Positions 1 through 9,015 of a stretch of DNA of 64,000 bases are shown piece by piece; the first letter of the stretch is position 1, and every line of letters starts with the position of its first letter. The notes under the pieces were generated by a model. It saw nothing but the letters and a program-made list of their open reading frames with translations, was not told where the DNA came from and searched no databases. Source of the DNA: Kiritimatiellia bacterium (GTDB taxonomy: Bacteria; Verrucomicrobiota; Kiritimatiellia; RFP12; UBA1067); contig JBJEWD010000020.1 of assembly GCA_051884875.1 (NCBI GenBank), positions 26,930 to 90,929 on the forward strand, in the 5' to 3' direction. The position numbers and the translations under genes were made by a program.

Positions 1-644
1 TACCGGACGACCGCAAGCGCGCCCGGAACATCCGACGAGAGCTGCGCAAGCGAACTTATCTTCACGGCGTTCGCACCGAGCGAAGCCGCCTTCACCTCGT
101 ACCATCTGTCGCCGTCCGAAAAGTCCTTGCTCGTCCCGTCCGTCCCGCTCCATGCGCGCACTGCACGGGCAGCGCCGATTTCCGGCATGAGAAACCGCTC
201 CATGAAGTACAGTTCGCCGAGGAGTCCGACCACCTGCTCCTCGGACAGCGTTCCGCGCTCCTGCCTGAACATCTTGCGCCATGCCGTAAAACGGTTCTTC
301 AGGCACATGACGGCGGAAGCGGAGTCCTTGGCGGACGACGATTCCAACGCACCGACGAGATCGTCGCAGAGCGTGAAATAGACCGCGCTCGCCGTCTGCT
401 CAAGCAGATCGAAGAACATCCAGTACTCCTCCGCCTCCTGGACGCACGACACCCTGATGGCCTTCGTGGAGGCGATTTCCGGCGGCTTGGCGTCGGAAAG
501 GAACGCAAGGCGCGGATTGCGCCGTGCGCTGAGGCCGTAGTAGATGCGAAGCGGGGCCTCGGCAGAAAGGAGGACAAGTCCCTCCGCCCTTGACGATGCG
601 GCATCCCGCCTGAATGCGGCAAACAAGTTCTCGAAGTCTCTCAT
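1..644 (-). CDS. PD-(D/E)XK motif nuclease (DUF4420-like), 3' part missing; the start overlaps the Z1 gene stop as ATGA
   Basis: I hand-translated a minus frame that stays open from an ATG at 644 down to position 1. The ORF track missed it because no stop lies within the window. It contains GLLGELYFMERF and D-x-EVK, the motifs typical of PD-(D/E)XK nucleases in Z1/ATPase/methylase neighbourhoods. Confidence 0.55.
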   Translation of the reverse strand, partial: MRDFENLFAAFRRDAASSRAEGLVLLSAEAPLRIYYGLSARRNPRLAFLSDAKPPEIASTKAIRVSCVQEAEEYWMFFDLLEQTASAVYFTLCDDLVGALESSSAKDSASAVMCLKNRFTAWRKMFRQERGTLSEEQVVGLLGELYFMERFLMPEIGAARAVRAWSGTDGTSKDFSDGDRWYEVKAASLGANAVKISSLAQLSSDVPGALAVVR

Positions 645-3331
645 GGCTCTTCTCCGTTCTCTTCTTCGTCGTCAATTGCGTCCATCCTCTCAAACATCTC
701 TCTCAGCTTCACCTCGTTGGCCTGGTATGCCGTGCGTTCCGAGCGTCCTCTCGATGGGAATCCGACTGCAAATCCGATGTAAGGGCATGCATTGACGCTT
801 TCGTCGCCGTTCTTGAGCGATAGCGGATAGAACACAAGCAGCGGATTGCGCCCCTCCACATCCATATAGTCGGAATAGGTCAGGTCTTTCCGTTTCCGGG
901 TTTTTATCTTCTCAAGCTGCTCCTCCGAAAGACCAGCCGAGAATATGCCCGGCTCGATCAACCGGTTGTTCCCCATGCCGACGCGGATGAAATCCTCTTC
1001 CCTGCGTATCTCGCACTTTCGGATCGCGGCCGGGAACTCCTCCCCGCACACATTCCACCTCATCTGTCCATCCGAACCGGTCGCGACGGTCACATCCCAT
1101 CTGGGGAAGACCTTGCTGTCGGCCATGTAAGCCGACAGTGTGTCAGTGTCGAACTTGCGGTTCTCGAAATGTATGTCGAGCGAAGATATGAATCTGGCAA
1201 TGTGCCTCTTGGGGACGTCCCGCACGACCATTCTGGATCCCATGCGGACAAGTCCCATGCCCCCGTCGGCAAGTTCCTTGAAGAAGGAGATGCATTTCCT
1301 CTCGTTCGCGGCATTCTTCTCCGGGTCTTTGTAGAGCTTCGACGTGTCGGCTACGGTTCCCCCGTATGACAGCCAGTATTCCACACGCTGCGAATGGCGC
1401 ATCTTGTTCCGGCTCGTCACGAGGAGCGCAGTTTCGAGCGTGTCCGGGGAGCATTTGACCATAAGCCCGAAATCGCGCGGGGACTTGCCCATCGCCCGCA
1501 TTTCGGCGAATTGTTCCTTGAGATCGTCGACTGCGGAAATCACCGCCCTGAAATTCGCCACGTTGATGCGCGAAATGTAGAGGAGGCACAGATCTTCGTA
1601 GCCGAACCTGTATCCGAACCAGCGCCCCATCTGGAGCAGGGAGTCGTATGTGGCCGTGTTCCTGCTGTAGTAGCTGACCATGAGTCCCTCAAGCGTCAGC
1701 CCGCGTGACAACAGGAATCCTCCGATGGCGATGACGCGTGCGCCGCTTGGACAGCTCTTGTACGAGAAGCGCGAATCCTGCCTTATCTTGTTGTTGAGAA
1801 CGACAACCTTGAGAAGTCCAGATTCAATTCGGATGGACTGGCGCAGGGAATCGAATCCGAACTCGGCCCTCGCCTTGGCGAACACCGGCATGTCCGCATA
1901 CAGATCGGCCATGCGCCTGAGCATCGGATGGCGAAGATACGCCTCAAGGTCTTTGTAGGACTCCTGCTCGATGATGTTCTGCACCTCTTCCACGAATGCG
2001 GACACCTTGCTTCTTATCTCCCACTGAAGGTCGTTGAAGCGGGAAATGTTCACGAGCATCGAGCGGTGTTTGCCCTCCTGCCCGCGAAGCGTCCTGACGG
2101 CGCAGCCGAGGATAAAGACGAGAATCGCCTCCTTCATGCTTTCGGGAACGCCAGAGAACCCGGCTCCGCTCTTGTGTATGGCGGGAAGGAAATGCTCTTC
2201 GGATTCGTCGAGCAGCCGAAGCCGCGAGCCTTCGTGCTCCGCATCGAAGAACCAGTGGGCGCCGCAATAGTTCGACGGCGTCTTGAGCTGGACGATGAAG
2301 TCTGACGGGAATAGCGATTTGAGGGCCTCGTCGTCTATAGGATTGATGAAGATGTTTGCGAACGGGGTTGCGGTGAATCCGACATATGTGGCGACATCGA
2401 AACTCGTGAAAAGCTCCCTGATCTTGCGGTTGATCTGGGTAGGGTCGTTGTCGTCGCGTTTTGAGTTGATCGACGCGTTGTCGGCCTCGTCGTCGATTAT
2501 GAGGATGTTCTGGTTGCCTATCCTCTTCGACTTCAGCCAGTTGTGGACGTGTCCCAGCACGCCTTTGTTCTTCTTTACGACCAGTACCAGGGGTTTCGTG
2601 TACTCCGAGGGGGTCGCGTTGATGTTCTGCTTGATCCATTTGACGAAATCCTGCCGCGTGTTGGTCAGCGGAACGGCGTAATGCTCCGACTTGTCGAGAC
2701 CGACTCCAACGTATTCAACTCCGCCGCCGATGCTGTCGCTCATCGCGCCGATGAAGCCAAGATCGACCCGGCCCTGCGTCTGCTCACGCAGGGAGTCCGT
2801 CATTCCGGCGAGAAGAACCACGATCTTGTATCCGAAGTCGCAGGCGAGGTTGATGAGGGCGAGGTAGTTCGCCGTCTTGCCGGACTGGACGTCACCCACG
2901 ACGAGTCCGCGCTTGCTGTCCTTCTGCGCGAGGGGATTTGCCGAGAGCGCCAGCACCCGTCGCGTATCGCTTTCCATCTGGGAAATCACAGGTTCGGAAA
3001 ATCCCTGCGTTCTCAAATATCTTACATAGCGGCCAAAATAGCATGTCTCGGTCGAAGGCTCGGCGATGCGAAACCAATTGGACTGGCTGGCCGCATCGAC
3101 AAGTATGTCCGGCTCTTGCGTCCTTATGCGAACGTTGTACTCGATCTCCGTCACGACGCGCTTCAACTCCTCCTGCGTATAGTCCGGCACCGAATCCTCA
3201 AGGCCCGCCCGAACCTCGGCGACAACCTCGGAGTGGGTAGGCTGCTTGCGCCTGAGATGTATGATGGCGATTTCCCTGGCGTCATCCAGAAAGTTCCTTC
3301 GTTCGTCATCCGTCATGTCGAGCCTCCTCAA
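641..3331 (-). CDS. Z1 domain protein (SF2-helicase-related P-loop NTPase of restriction-like systems)
   Basis: 896 aa. P-loop GDVQSGKTANYLAL, then DEAD-like IIDDEADNAS. Its start overlaps the GHKL ATPase stop; alternative start at M6. Confidence 0.6.
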   Translation of the reverse strand: MRRLDMTDDERRNFLDDAREIAIIHLRRKQPTHSEVVAEVRAGLEDSVPDYTQEELKRVVTEIEYNVRIRTQEPDILVDAASQSNWFRIAEPSTETCYFGRYVRYLRTQGFSEPVISQMESDTRRVLALSANPLAQKDSKRGLVVGDVQSGKTANYLALINLACDFGYKIVVLLAGMTDSLREQTQGRVDLGFIGAMSDSIGGGVEYVGVGLDKSEHYAVPLTNTRQDFVKWIKQNINATPSEYTKPLVLVVKKNKGVLGHVHNWLKSKRIGNQNILIIDDEADNASINSKRDDNDPTQINRKIRELFTSFDVATYVGFTATPFANIFINPIDDEALKSLFPSDFIVQLKTPSNYCGAHWFFDAEHEGSRLRLLDESEEHFLPAIHKSGAGFSGVPESMKEAILVFILGCAVRTLRGQEGKHRSMLVNISRFNDLQWEIRSKVSAFVEEVQNIIEQESYKDLEAYLRHPMLRRMADLYADMPVFAKARAEFGFDSLRQSIRIESGLLKVVVLNNKIRQDSRFSYKSCPSGARVIAIGGFLLSRGLTLEGLMVSYYSRNTATYDSLLQMGRWFGYRFGYEDLCLLYISRINVANFRAVISAVDDLKEQFAEMRAMGKSPRDFGLMVKCSPDTLETALLVTSRNKMRHSQRVEYWLSYGGTVADTSKLYKDPEKNAANERKCISFFKELADGGMGLVRMGSRMVVRDVPKRHIARFISSLDIHFENRKFDTDTLSAYMADSKVFPRWDVTVATGSDGQMRWNVCGEEFPAAIRKCEIRREEDFIRVGMGNNRLIEPGIFSAGLSEEQLEKIKTRKRKDLTYSDYMDVEGRNPLLVFYPLSLKNGDESVNACPYIGFAVGFPSRGRSERTAYQANEVKLREMFERMDAIDDEEENGEEP

Positions 3332-4766
3332 GTATGGTCGCCTTGTGCGGTTTCAGGCATCTGTAGTTCTCGAAAGAGAGATACCGGTCAAGTATGTGCT
3401 GCCGGTCGGATTCGTCCTCGACAATCTTCAGTTTTCTGATGAGGTCCGCCATCTTTGCTCCGATGTTCGCCTCCAGAGCCTCGCCGTTTGATATGTTTAC
3501 GTCGCCCGCCTGATCGATGTGTATCTGGTGCTTCGGCAGATAGTCCTGCAAGTCGCTGACAAACTGCTCGAAAAGGGTCAAGTCGCCTCCAGCGAGCGTG
3601 GCCCGCAACGCCTTGTACGTTGGGTTGTCGCGGTTTATCGTATATTCCACGGAATTGTCGCTCCTCAATTCCCGAATCCACACCTTGTGTTCGGCCATAG
3701 TCTCGCGCTCGCTGGGCTTGCTTACCGCGCCACGGCTTCTCGAAACGGAATCGCCGACGGCGATGCGTATGCTGTCCCGTATCTTGTCCGGGATCTTCGC
3801 GGACGACTTCTTCACGTCCAGCATCCAGATTTCATCGAGGGACGACGGAATGTCGACCTTGACCCTTGCGAGCTTGTTCAGCTCGCTTCTGACCTCGGTT
3901 CGGAACCAGCTGCCCCATGCGATGAGCCGCCTGTTTCGGTACAAATAGAGCCCCTGTTCGTCGTAGATGCTCTTCGGATTTCCCAGAAGCCTGCGTTCCT
4001 CAGCCGTGAGCGCGTTGGCGTAGGGGAGCGAATACGGCGTTATGCGTATCTTGTGGCCGTCAACCTCGACCGACACTCCGCGCCCCTCCTGCTGCATTCC
4101 GTAGGAATCCAGCAGGAACGGATCGCGCTTTTCGACGCGCTCCTCGTTGAAGCAAATGACGACATCGCCGTAGAACCGGTGAAACACATACTCCACATGG
4201 CATTTCGCCATCTTGACGATGCGGCGGAACGAAGTCTCGAAATTGGCCGTGTTAATCCTCAACCGGTCGAAATCCCGCCAGACCACAAGCGTTCCGTGTT
4301 CATATTGCATCAGCCGCCCGACCTCCGGCACGGTTTCCCATTCAGCTTCGTCGAGGATGGCGGTGCGCCACGTCCCCGACCGTTCCACGTCGTCCAAACA
4401 GAACGACATTGCATTGATGTCCGCCCCCTGCTTGGTGACTACGCAGAAGTGCCTGCACTGCGAGAAAGATGCCGACTTGAGGCCGAGGCCGAATCTGCCT
4501 AGTTCCATCGGAGCGTCGCTCTTTCCGGATCTGTCGGAACCGAGCAGCAGGGCGTTTCGCAGTTCGCTCTGCGTCATGCCGATCCCATCGTCAAGAAAAG
4601 CAAAATACGGCTCGCCTGACGGTTCCGAAAAGATGCGTATATTCTTTGCCATAGCCGATATGCTGTTGTCGACGATGTCGGCAACGGCAGTCTCAAAACT
4701 GTAGCCTATCGCCCTTATGGCTGCGAGAAGGACGGCAGGCTTCGGAGCCTGTTCACAGTACTTCAT
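3306..4766 (-). CDS. GHKL/Bergerat-fold ATPase (MutL/MORC-like ATP-binding protein)
   Basis: N-box IVDNSISAM and G1 box DDGIGM. The start overlaps the methyltransferase stop. Confidence 0.65.
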   Translation of the reverse strand: MKYCEQAPKPAVLLAAIRAIGYSFETAVADIVDNSISAMAKNIRIFSEPSGEPYFAFLDDGIGMTQSELRNALLLGSDRSGKSDAPMELGRFGLGLKSASFSQCRHFCVVTKQGADINAMSFCLDDVERSGTWRTAILDEAEWETVPEVGRLMQYEHGTLVVWRDFDRLRINTANFETSFRRIVKMAKCHVEYVFHRFYGDVVICFNEERVEKRDPFLLDSYGMQQEGRGVSVEVDGHKIRITPYSLPYANALTAEERRLLGNPKSIYDEQGLYLYRNRRLIAWGSWFRTEVRSELNKLARVKVDIPSSLDEIWMLDVKKSSAKIPDKIRDSIRIAVGDSVSRSRGAVSKPSERETMAEHKVWIRELRSDNSVEYTINRDNPTYKALRATLAGGDLTLFEQFVSDLQDYLPKHQIHIDQAGDVNISNGEALEANIGAKMADLIRKLKIVEDESDRQHILDRYLSFENYRCLKPHKATILEEARHDG

Positions 4767-5959
4767 GTCTTGCAGCCTCCATCTTTAGCAGTGTCGTCCG
4801 GCAGATACCTTGAGCCTTGAAGCATCGCCCTGAAAACTTCGCGCAGGACGGGGACCACTATGGCGTTGCCGATGAGCTTGTTGTTCTGGCGATAGGAGAA
4901 GCCGAGCTTGGCTACCTTCTCGTAGTCGGCCTCGGTGAAGCCCATCAGCAGATATGCCTCGCGGATTGTGAGCCTCCGTATCCTGTCTTCGTACCAGAAG
5001 AGCGCAGCCGTCTGCGTCCTGTCCATGTTGCAGGTAATCGTGTGTATGAGTTCCTCATATGGCGGAACGCGCTTGTTGATCCGCCACATCTCCTGCCGCG
5101 ATGGTGTATAGTTGAGGCTGGCCTCGTCCGCCTCCGCCTTTATTTGCGGTTCTGAATAGTCAAGCCTGAGGAAGTCGGCTATATTCCCATCCCAGTCGTG
5201 CTGACGGATTTTCCTTCCGATGTTCAACCTCTTCTTGAGGTGGCTTGCCATGAATAGGCGCACCCTGTCCTGGGGGACGCCGAATTTCGACGCATCAAGG
5301 ACAACCGGCCTGTCGTTCCTGTACCCAAGGCCGCTCAACAGCGCCTTCCACTTCTTGAAATCGGCCTTGTACCTGTCGGCACGTATGGCTGGGACATTCT
5401 CCATGAGCAGATATTCCGGCAATCGGCCAAGTTTCTTCAGCGTCCGCAGTATGTTCCCGATGTGCCAAATCGTGCTCGACCGGGTTCCCGAGCCTTTCCC
5501 CATGCCGTTGCCGTTGCCGCCCGTTGACAGGTCTTGGCACGGGAAACTGTATATCAGCAAATCTATTTCCGGGAGATTCTCCGGCTTTATATCAGTGATG
5601 GAGCCGCAATTGCGCGTCCGCTTCTGGGCGACGTACAGCCGTCTTATCGTCTCTCGGCCAAGTCCCTCAAGGTTCTTGATTGCCTTTTGGGATTCTGCAC
5701 TGAAAGTAAACTTCGTCAGATACTCGAGCTGACCTTCATAGTCTGGGACGTCAATCCTGGATGTCTGATCCGAATGCAGCGCGTCATAGGCGATTATGGC
5801 ATTGACAAACCAGTCGCTCGTCCCGACGACCTCGAAATCAACCCCCAGCGATTTCAGAGCCGCATTCTGAGCACCGATGCCCGAAAACGCCTCGAACACC
5901 CGCAGCTTGACACTGCGTTCGCCGCAATGGTTCTTCAATATGTTCTTCCGGGCACCCAT
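4763..5959 (-). CDS. DNA (cytosine-5)-methyltransferase
   Basis: Motif I FEAFSGIGA, motif IV FPCQDLS and motif VI ENVPAI. The start was trimmed to the internal M (track ORF 4763..6022) so it no longer overlaps the HTH gene. Confidence 0.85.
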   Translation of the reverse strand: MGARKNILKNHCGERSVKLRVFEAFSGIGAQNAALKSLGVDFEVVGTSDWFVNAIIAYDALHSDQTSRIDVPDYEGQLEYLTKFTFSAESQKAIKNLEGLGRETIRRLYVAQKRTRNCGSITDIKPENLPEIDLLIYSFPCQDLSTGGNGNGMGKGSGTRSSTIWHIGNILRTLKKLGRLPEYLLMENVPAIRADRYKADFKKWKALLSGLGYRNDRPVVLDASKFGVPQDRVRLFMASHLKKRLNIGRKIRQHDWDGNIADFLRLDYSEPQIKAEADEASLNYTPSRQEMWRINKRVPPYEELIHTITCNMDRTQTAALFWYEDRIRRLTIREAYLLMGFTEADYEKVAKLGFSYRQNNKLIGNAIVVPVLREVFRAMLQGSRYLPDDTAKDGGCKT

Positions 5960-5966
5960 TCCGCAT

Positions 5967-6176
5967 TCACTTTCCGTCCGGCTTGAAATCCACGATGTCG
6001 CGGACGTTGCATTTGAGGGCATTGCATATTTTGACGAGGATGGACGTATTCACGTCCTCTCCCTTGGACAGTTTCGCAAGGGTGGTCGTGGATATGCCGG
6101 CGGCAAGGCGCATCTGAGTGCGCGTCATGCCCCGGTCGATCAGCAGTTTCCAAAGCCGATTGTAGCAAAGTGCCAT
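5967..6176 (-). CDS. XRE-family helix-turn-helix transcriptional regulator (controller-protein-like)
   Basis: 69 aa. HTH MTRTQMRLAAGISTTTLAKLSKGE. It is the first gene of the operon. Confidence 0.75.
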   Translation of the reverse strand: MALCYNRLWKLLIDRGMTRTQMRLAAGISTTTLAKLSKGEDVNTSILVKICNALKCNVRDIVDFKPDGK

Positions 6177-6230
6177 ACGATGCCTCTTGTATGCATAGAT
6201 ATGGCGCGTATTATATCATATATTTGTCAG

Positions 6231-6266
6231 CGATGTCAAATATATTGTTGATTGATTTCGACATCG
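6231..6266. promoter_or_regulatory. Imperfect inverted repeat (candidate C-box/operator) in the AT-rich spacer upstream of the HTH gene
   Basis: CGATGTCAAA-N15-TTTCGACATCG, plus a TGTCAgcgaTGTCA direct repeat. It lies within the roughly 30% GC spacer 6177..6300. Confidence 0.3.
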
Positions 6267-6297
6267 GATATTGGCTTATTTGCTTGAAACATCACTG

Positions 6298-9000
6298 TTA
6301 TAAATGTTTTTTCGCAATTTCACAAATTCTCATCAAGACTGGGACGGCAATTTCTTTGCTGGTGTGGGCGGGATGGGGCTTTGCGAACGAGACTACGACC
6401 ACATATTCGGGATTATCCACCGGGACAAACCCTGCGCACGAGGAGATGTAGTTCGTTGGCGAATAGACAGTTCGCTTGGTCTCAGGATCGAGTTCGCACA
6501 TCTGGACCGTCGAGGGCATCGGGGAGTTGAGCATTCGCATGATGGCATCAGCGGACGAGGGCGAAACTACCTGGACAACGCTGTTTGTCGCCGCAGTCTT
6601 GACGAGAACGGGGCGCACGAGCGTTCCGTGGTTGGCGAGCGTCCCATAAGCCTGTGCAATCTGCAACCCCGTGGCGGCGAACCCGTAGCCCATGCCAACG
6701 CGCATCGCCGTGGTCTTATCCCAACGTTCGGGCTTCGAGGTTAAGATGCCAACCTCCTCGCCGGGAATCCCCGCCACACCTGTCTTCGAGCCAAAGCCGA
6801 AACGCCGAAGCGCGGCATGAAACTTCTCTGGGCCGATAAGACAGGATGTCTTGCCGACCGCGATGTTGGCGCGAGAGGATATTGACTCCGCAATCGACAG
6901 AGTGTTTGTCTCGTCGTCCTTTATCGTTACGCCGTTGTATTCCCAAACCCCGTTCTCCTGGTCGAGTTTCGCGTCCTCTGCCAGAACGCCCTCGTCGAGG
7001 GCAATAGCGTATGTGAGAGGCTTGACGAGTCCACCCGGCTCAAACAATACCTGTGCAGGACGGTTGACGGCCATTGAGGAGTTCCACTTGTCGAGATCCC
7101 TTCGCATGGACGGGTCGAATGTTGGCCACGACGCCATCGCAGCGATTTCACCCGACGGCACCTTCATCACGAGAGCAAATCCAGACTCTGCGCCGTTCGT
7201 CGCGCAGGCGGCGGCAAGGAAGCCCGACACAGCCTTTTGAGCGGCTGGGACGATGGTTGTCCGAATGTCTGCGCCGGGCGCGGACGTGGCCCGTTTTACG
7301 CGCTCGTGCAAGGCGAGTTTGGCATCATATGCGCCATTTGTCCCGGCAAGGGCCTTATTGAAGACCCATTCCAGTCCACCTGCGCCCTGCGGCGTGTCCG
7401 TGTGTGCGCCCATGTGCATGAAGCCGACTGTCGCCGTCGCCGCTTCGCCAAGCGGATAGACACGTTTCTGCACCGGCTCGCGGATAATCCCTGCACACCT
7501 TGTCAGCCACCGATGCCGCCTGTCGAAATACTTGGACGCCGGACTGCCGTCCTCAACTTCCGTGAGGAAGATGTAGCGATTCGGGGATTTGAAGATCGTG
7601 TCCGTGCTGGCGTTCTTGTCGTGAAGTTCCTTCAGAGACACCCCAAGCTCCTCCGCGACATCGCACACCATTCTGTAGGGCATGTTGCCATCCGTTCGGA
7701 TATAGCCCTCCAGCAGGCGCTTGGCGGGAACGCCCAGCCCGTCGGCGATTTCCGTAAGGCTTTCCTTGTCGAACACTCGCACCGCGTCCGGAACGCATGG
7801 ATCGAGATAGAACCTCCACTTGCGAACCGTGTACGCCAGCGGCGACCCGTCGGCGGCGAGAATCCGTCCGCGCTTCGCCGTGAGGCCGAACTCGCCGAAC
7901 TCCATGTCAGACGGCCTTGGCTCGGCGAACTTCAAGTCGCCGCCCGGCGTCCAGAACCCGCGCTTCGGCGCAAAGGCTATCAGAAGAACAGCTACGCCAG
8001 CCACCACACTCCAAATCGCGCAAACACGCCACATGGGAACGGCATTCGCAGTTACCTCTCCGTTAGTCGGTAGCGCCCTCGACATCGCCGCAAGCACCCC
8101 AACACCAAACCAGGCCATCACTACAGCCGTTCCGCCGTAACTGGCCAATGCGGGCGACATCCCGGCAACCGGCAGGAACGCCAGCGAATGGAGAAAGCAG
8201 TAGGCCGCAGGCGCTATCAGCCAAAGGCCGAAAAGAAGCGTGAACCTGCGTTTCGCCGCATCGACCGCACCTTTCCAAAGCAAGGTCAAAGATGCGCCAA
8301 CCACCGCAAACACCCCCACAAGGGATGCCGGAAACCACTTGCCGAACATCAGCGCGGAAACCGACATCATTCCGTCGCTTTCGGGACAAGGTAGAAAACC
8401 GAGGCTCCTGTCGGCATCGCCGAACCACTTTGACACGTCGAACGCCGCGAGAAGCTGACGCGCCATGTACACCCTGTCCGGCAGCCTGTCTCCCTGGCTA
8501 AGGAAAGCAATAATCCGTTCCTGCCGTCCACCGTTTTCCGCGACATGCCACCAACACCACAATACAGCCACCGCGACCGCCGCCAACTCCATCCACGGAC
8601 GAAGCCATTTCTTGTCATGAAGCCACGCCAGGAACAGGGCAAACACTGGCATGAAGCATGTCATGACATTGATGTGCATCGGGCCGACAGGAAGCCATTT
8701 GTGCGCACCGTTGACAGGGCGCGAGAACTGCGCGACGGCAATCGCGACAAGCCATGCCGCCATCAACCAGGGAGCAGCCTTGAGAAGCCTCTTCCACCCC
8801 GCAAGCCATGCCGCTGCGAACACAGCAAGCCCCACTCCGTTCCACGCCAGTTGCCGCCAGAACAAGTCGTGCGCACCCGGTGGGTATATCCTCGACGGGC
8901 AATGCCAGCAGAACCAGCACCCCATCGCCGCCAAGGCCGCCGTTGTTGTGATGGCCAAGACGGCTACTTTTGCATTGCAACTATTCTTATCCATTGTCAT
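6298..9000 (-). CDS. Fused SEDS (RodA/FtsW-like) glycosyltransferase and class B penicillin-binding protein (transpeptidase)
   Basis: The N-terminal ~330 aa are polytopic membrane with a SEDS-like motif (ASYGGTAVV). Then a TM anchor, then RGRILAADGSPLAY (PBP dimerisation domain), and a transpeptidase with a KTG motif (FGFGSKTG). Confidence 0.75.
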   Translation of the reverse strand: MTMDKNSCNAKVAVLAITTTAALAAMGCWFCWHCPSRIYPPGAHDLFWRQLAWNGVGLAVFAAAWLAGWKRLLKAAPWLMAAWLVAIAVAQFSRPVNGAHKWLPVGPMHINVMTCFMPVFALFLAWLHDKKWLRPWMELAAVAVAVLWCWWHVAENGGRQERIIAFLSQGDRLPDRVYMARQLLAAFDVSKWFGDADRSLGFLPCPESDGMMSVSALMFGKWFPASLVGVFAVVGASLTLLWKGAVDAAKRRFTLLFGLWLIAPAAYCFLHSLAFLPVAGMSPALASYGGTAVVMAWFGVGVLAAMSRALPTNGEVTANAVPMWRVCAIWSVVAGVAVLLIAFAPKRGFWTPGGDLKFAEPRPSDMEFGEFGLTAKRGRILAADGSPLAYTVRKWRFYLDPCVPDAVRVFDKESLTEIADGLGVPAKRLLEGYIRTDGNMPYRMVCDVAEELGVSLKELHDKNASTDTIFKSPNRYIFLTEVEDGSPASKYFDRRHRWLTRCAGIIREPVQKRVYPLGEAATATVGFMHMGAHTDTPQGAGGLEWVFNKALAGTNGAYDAKLALHERVKRATSAPGADIRTTIVPAAQKAVSGFLAAACATNGAESGFALVMKVPSGEIAAMASWPTFDPSMRRDLDKWNSSMAVNRPAQVLFEPGGLVKPLTYAIALDEGVLAEDAKLDQENGVWEYNGVTIKDDETNTLSIAESISSRANIAVGKTSCLIGPEKFHAALRRFGFGSKTGVAGIPGEEVGILTSKPERWDKTTAMRVGMGYGFAATGLQIAQAYGTLANHGTLVRPVLVKTAATNSVVQVVSPSSADAIMRMLNSPMPSTVQMCELDPETKRTVYSPTNYISSCAGFVPVDNPEYVVVVSFAKPHPAHTSKEIAVPVLMRICEIAKKHL

Positions 9001-9015
9001 TTCTCCATTTCCCTT

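Noticed and set aside
299-693. Track ORFs 299..622(-) and 400..693(-) at the left edge
   Set aside because: Arginine/proline-rich alternative frames. The third minus frame starts at the ATG at 644 and remains open to position 1. It carries PD-(D/E)XK-family motifs and is the real gene.
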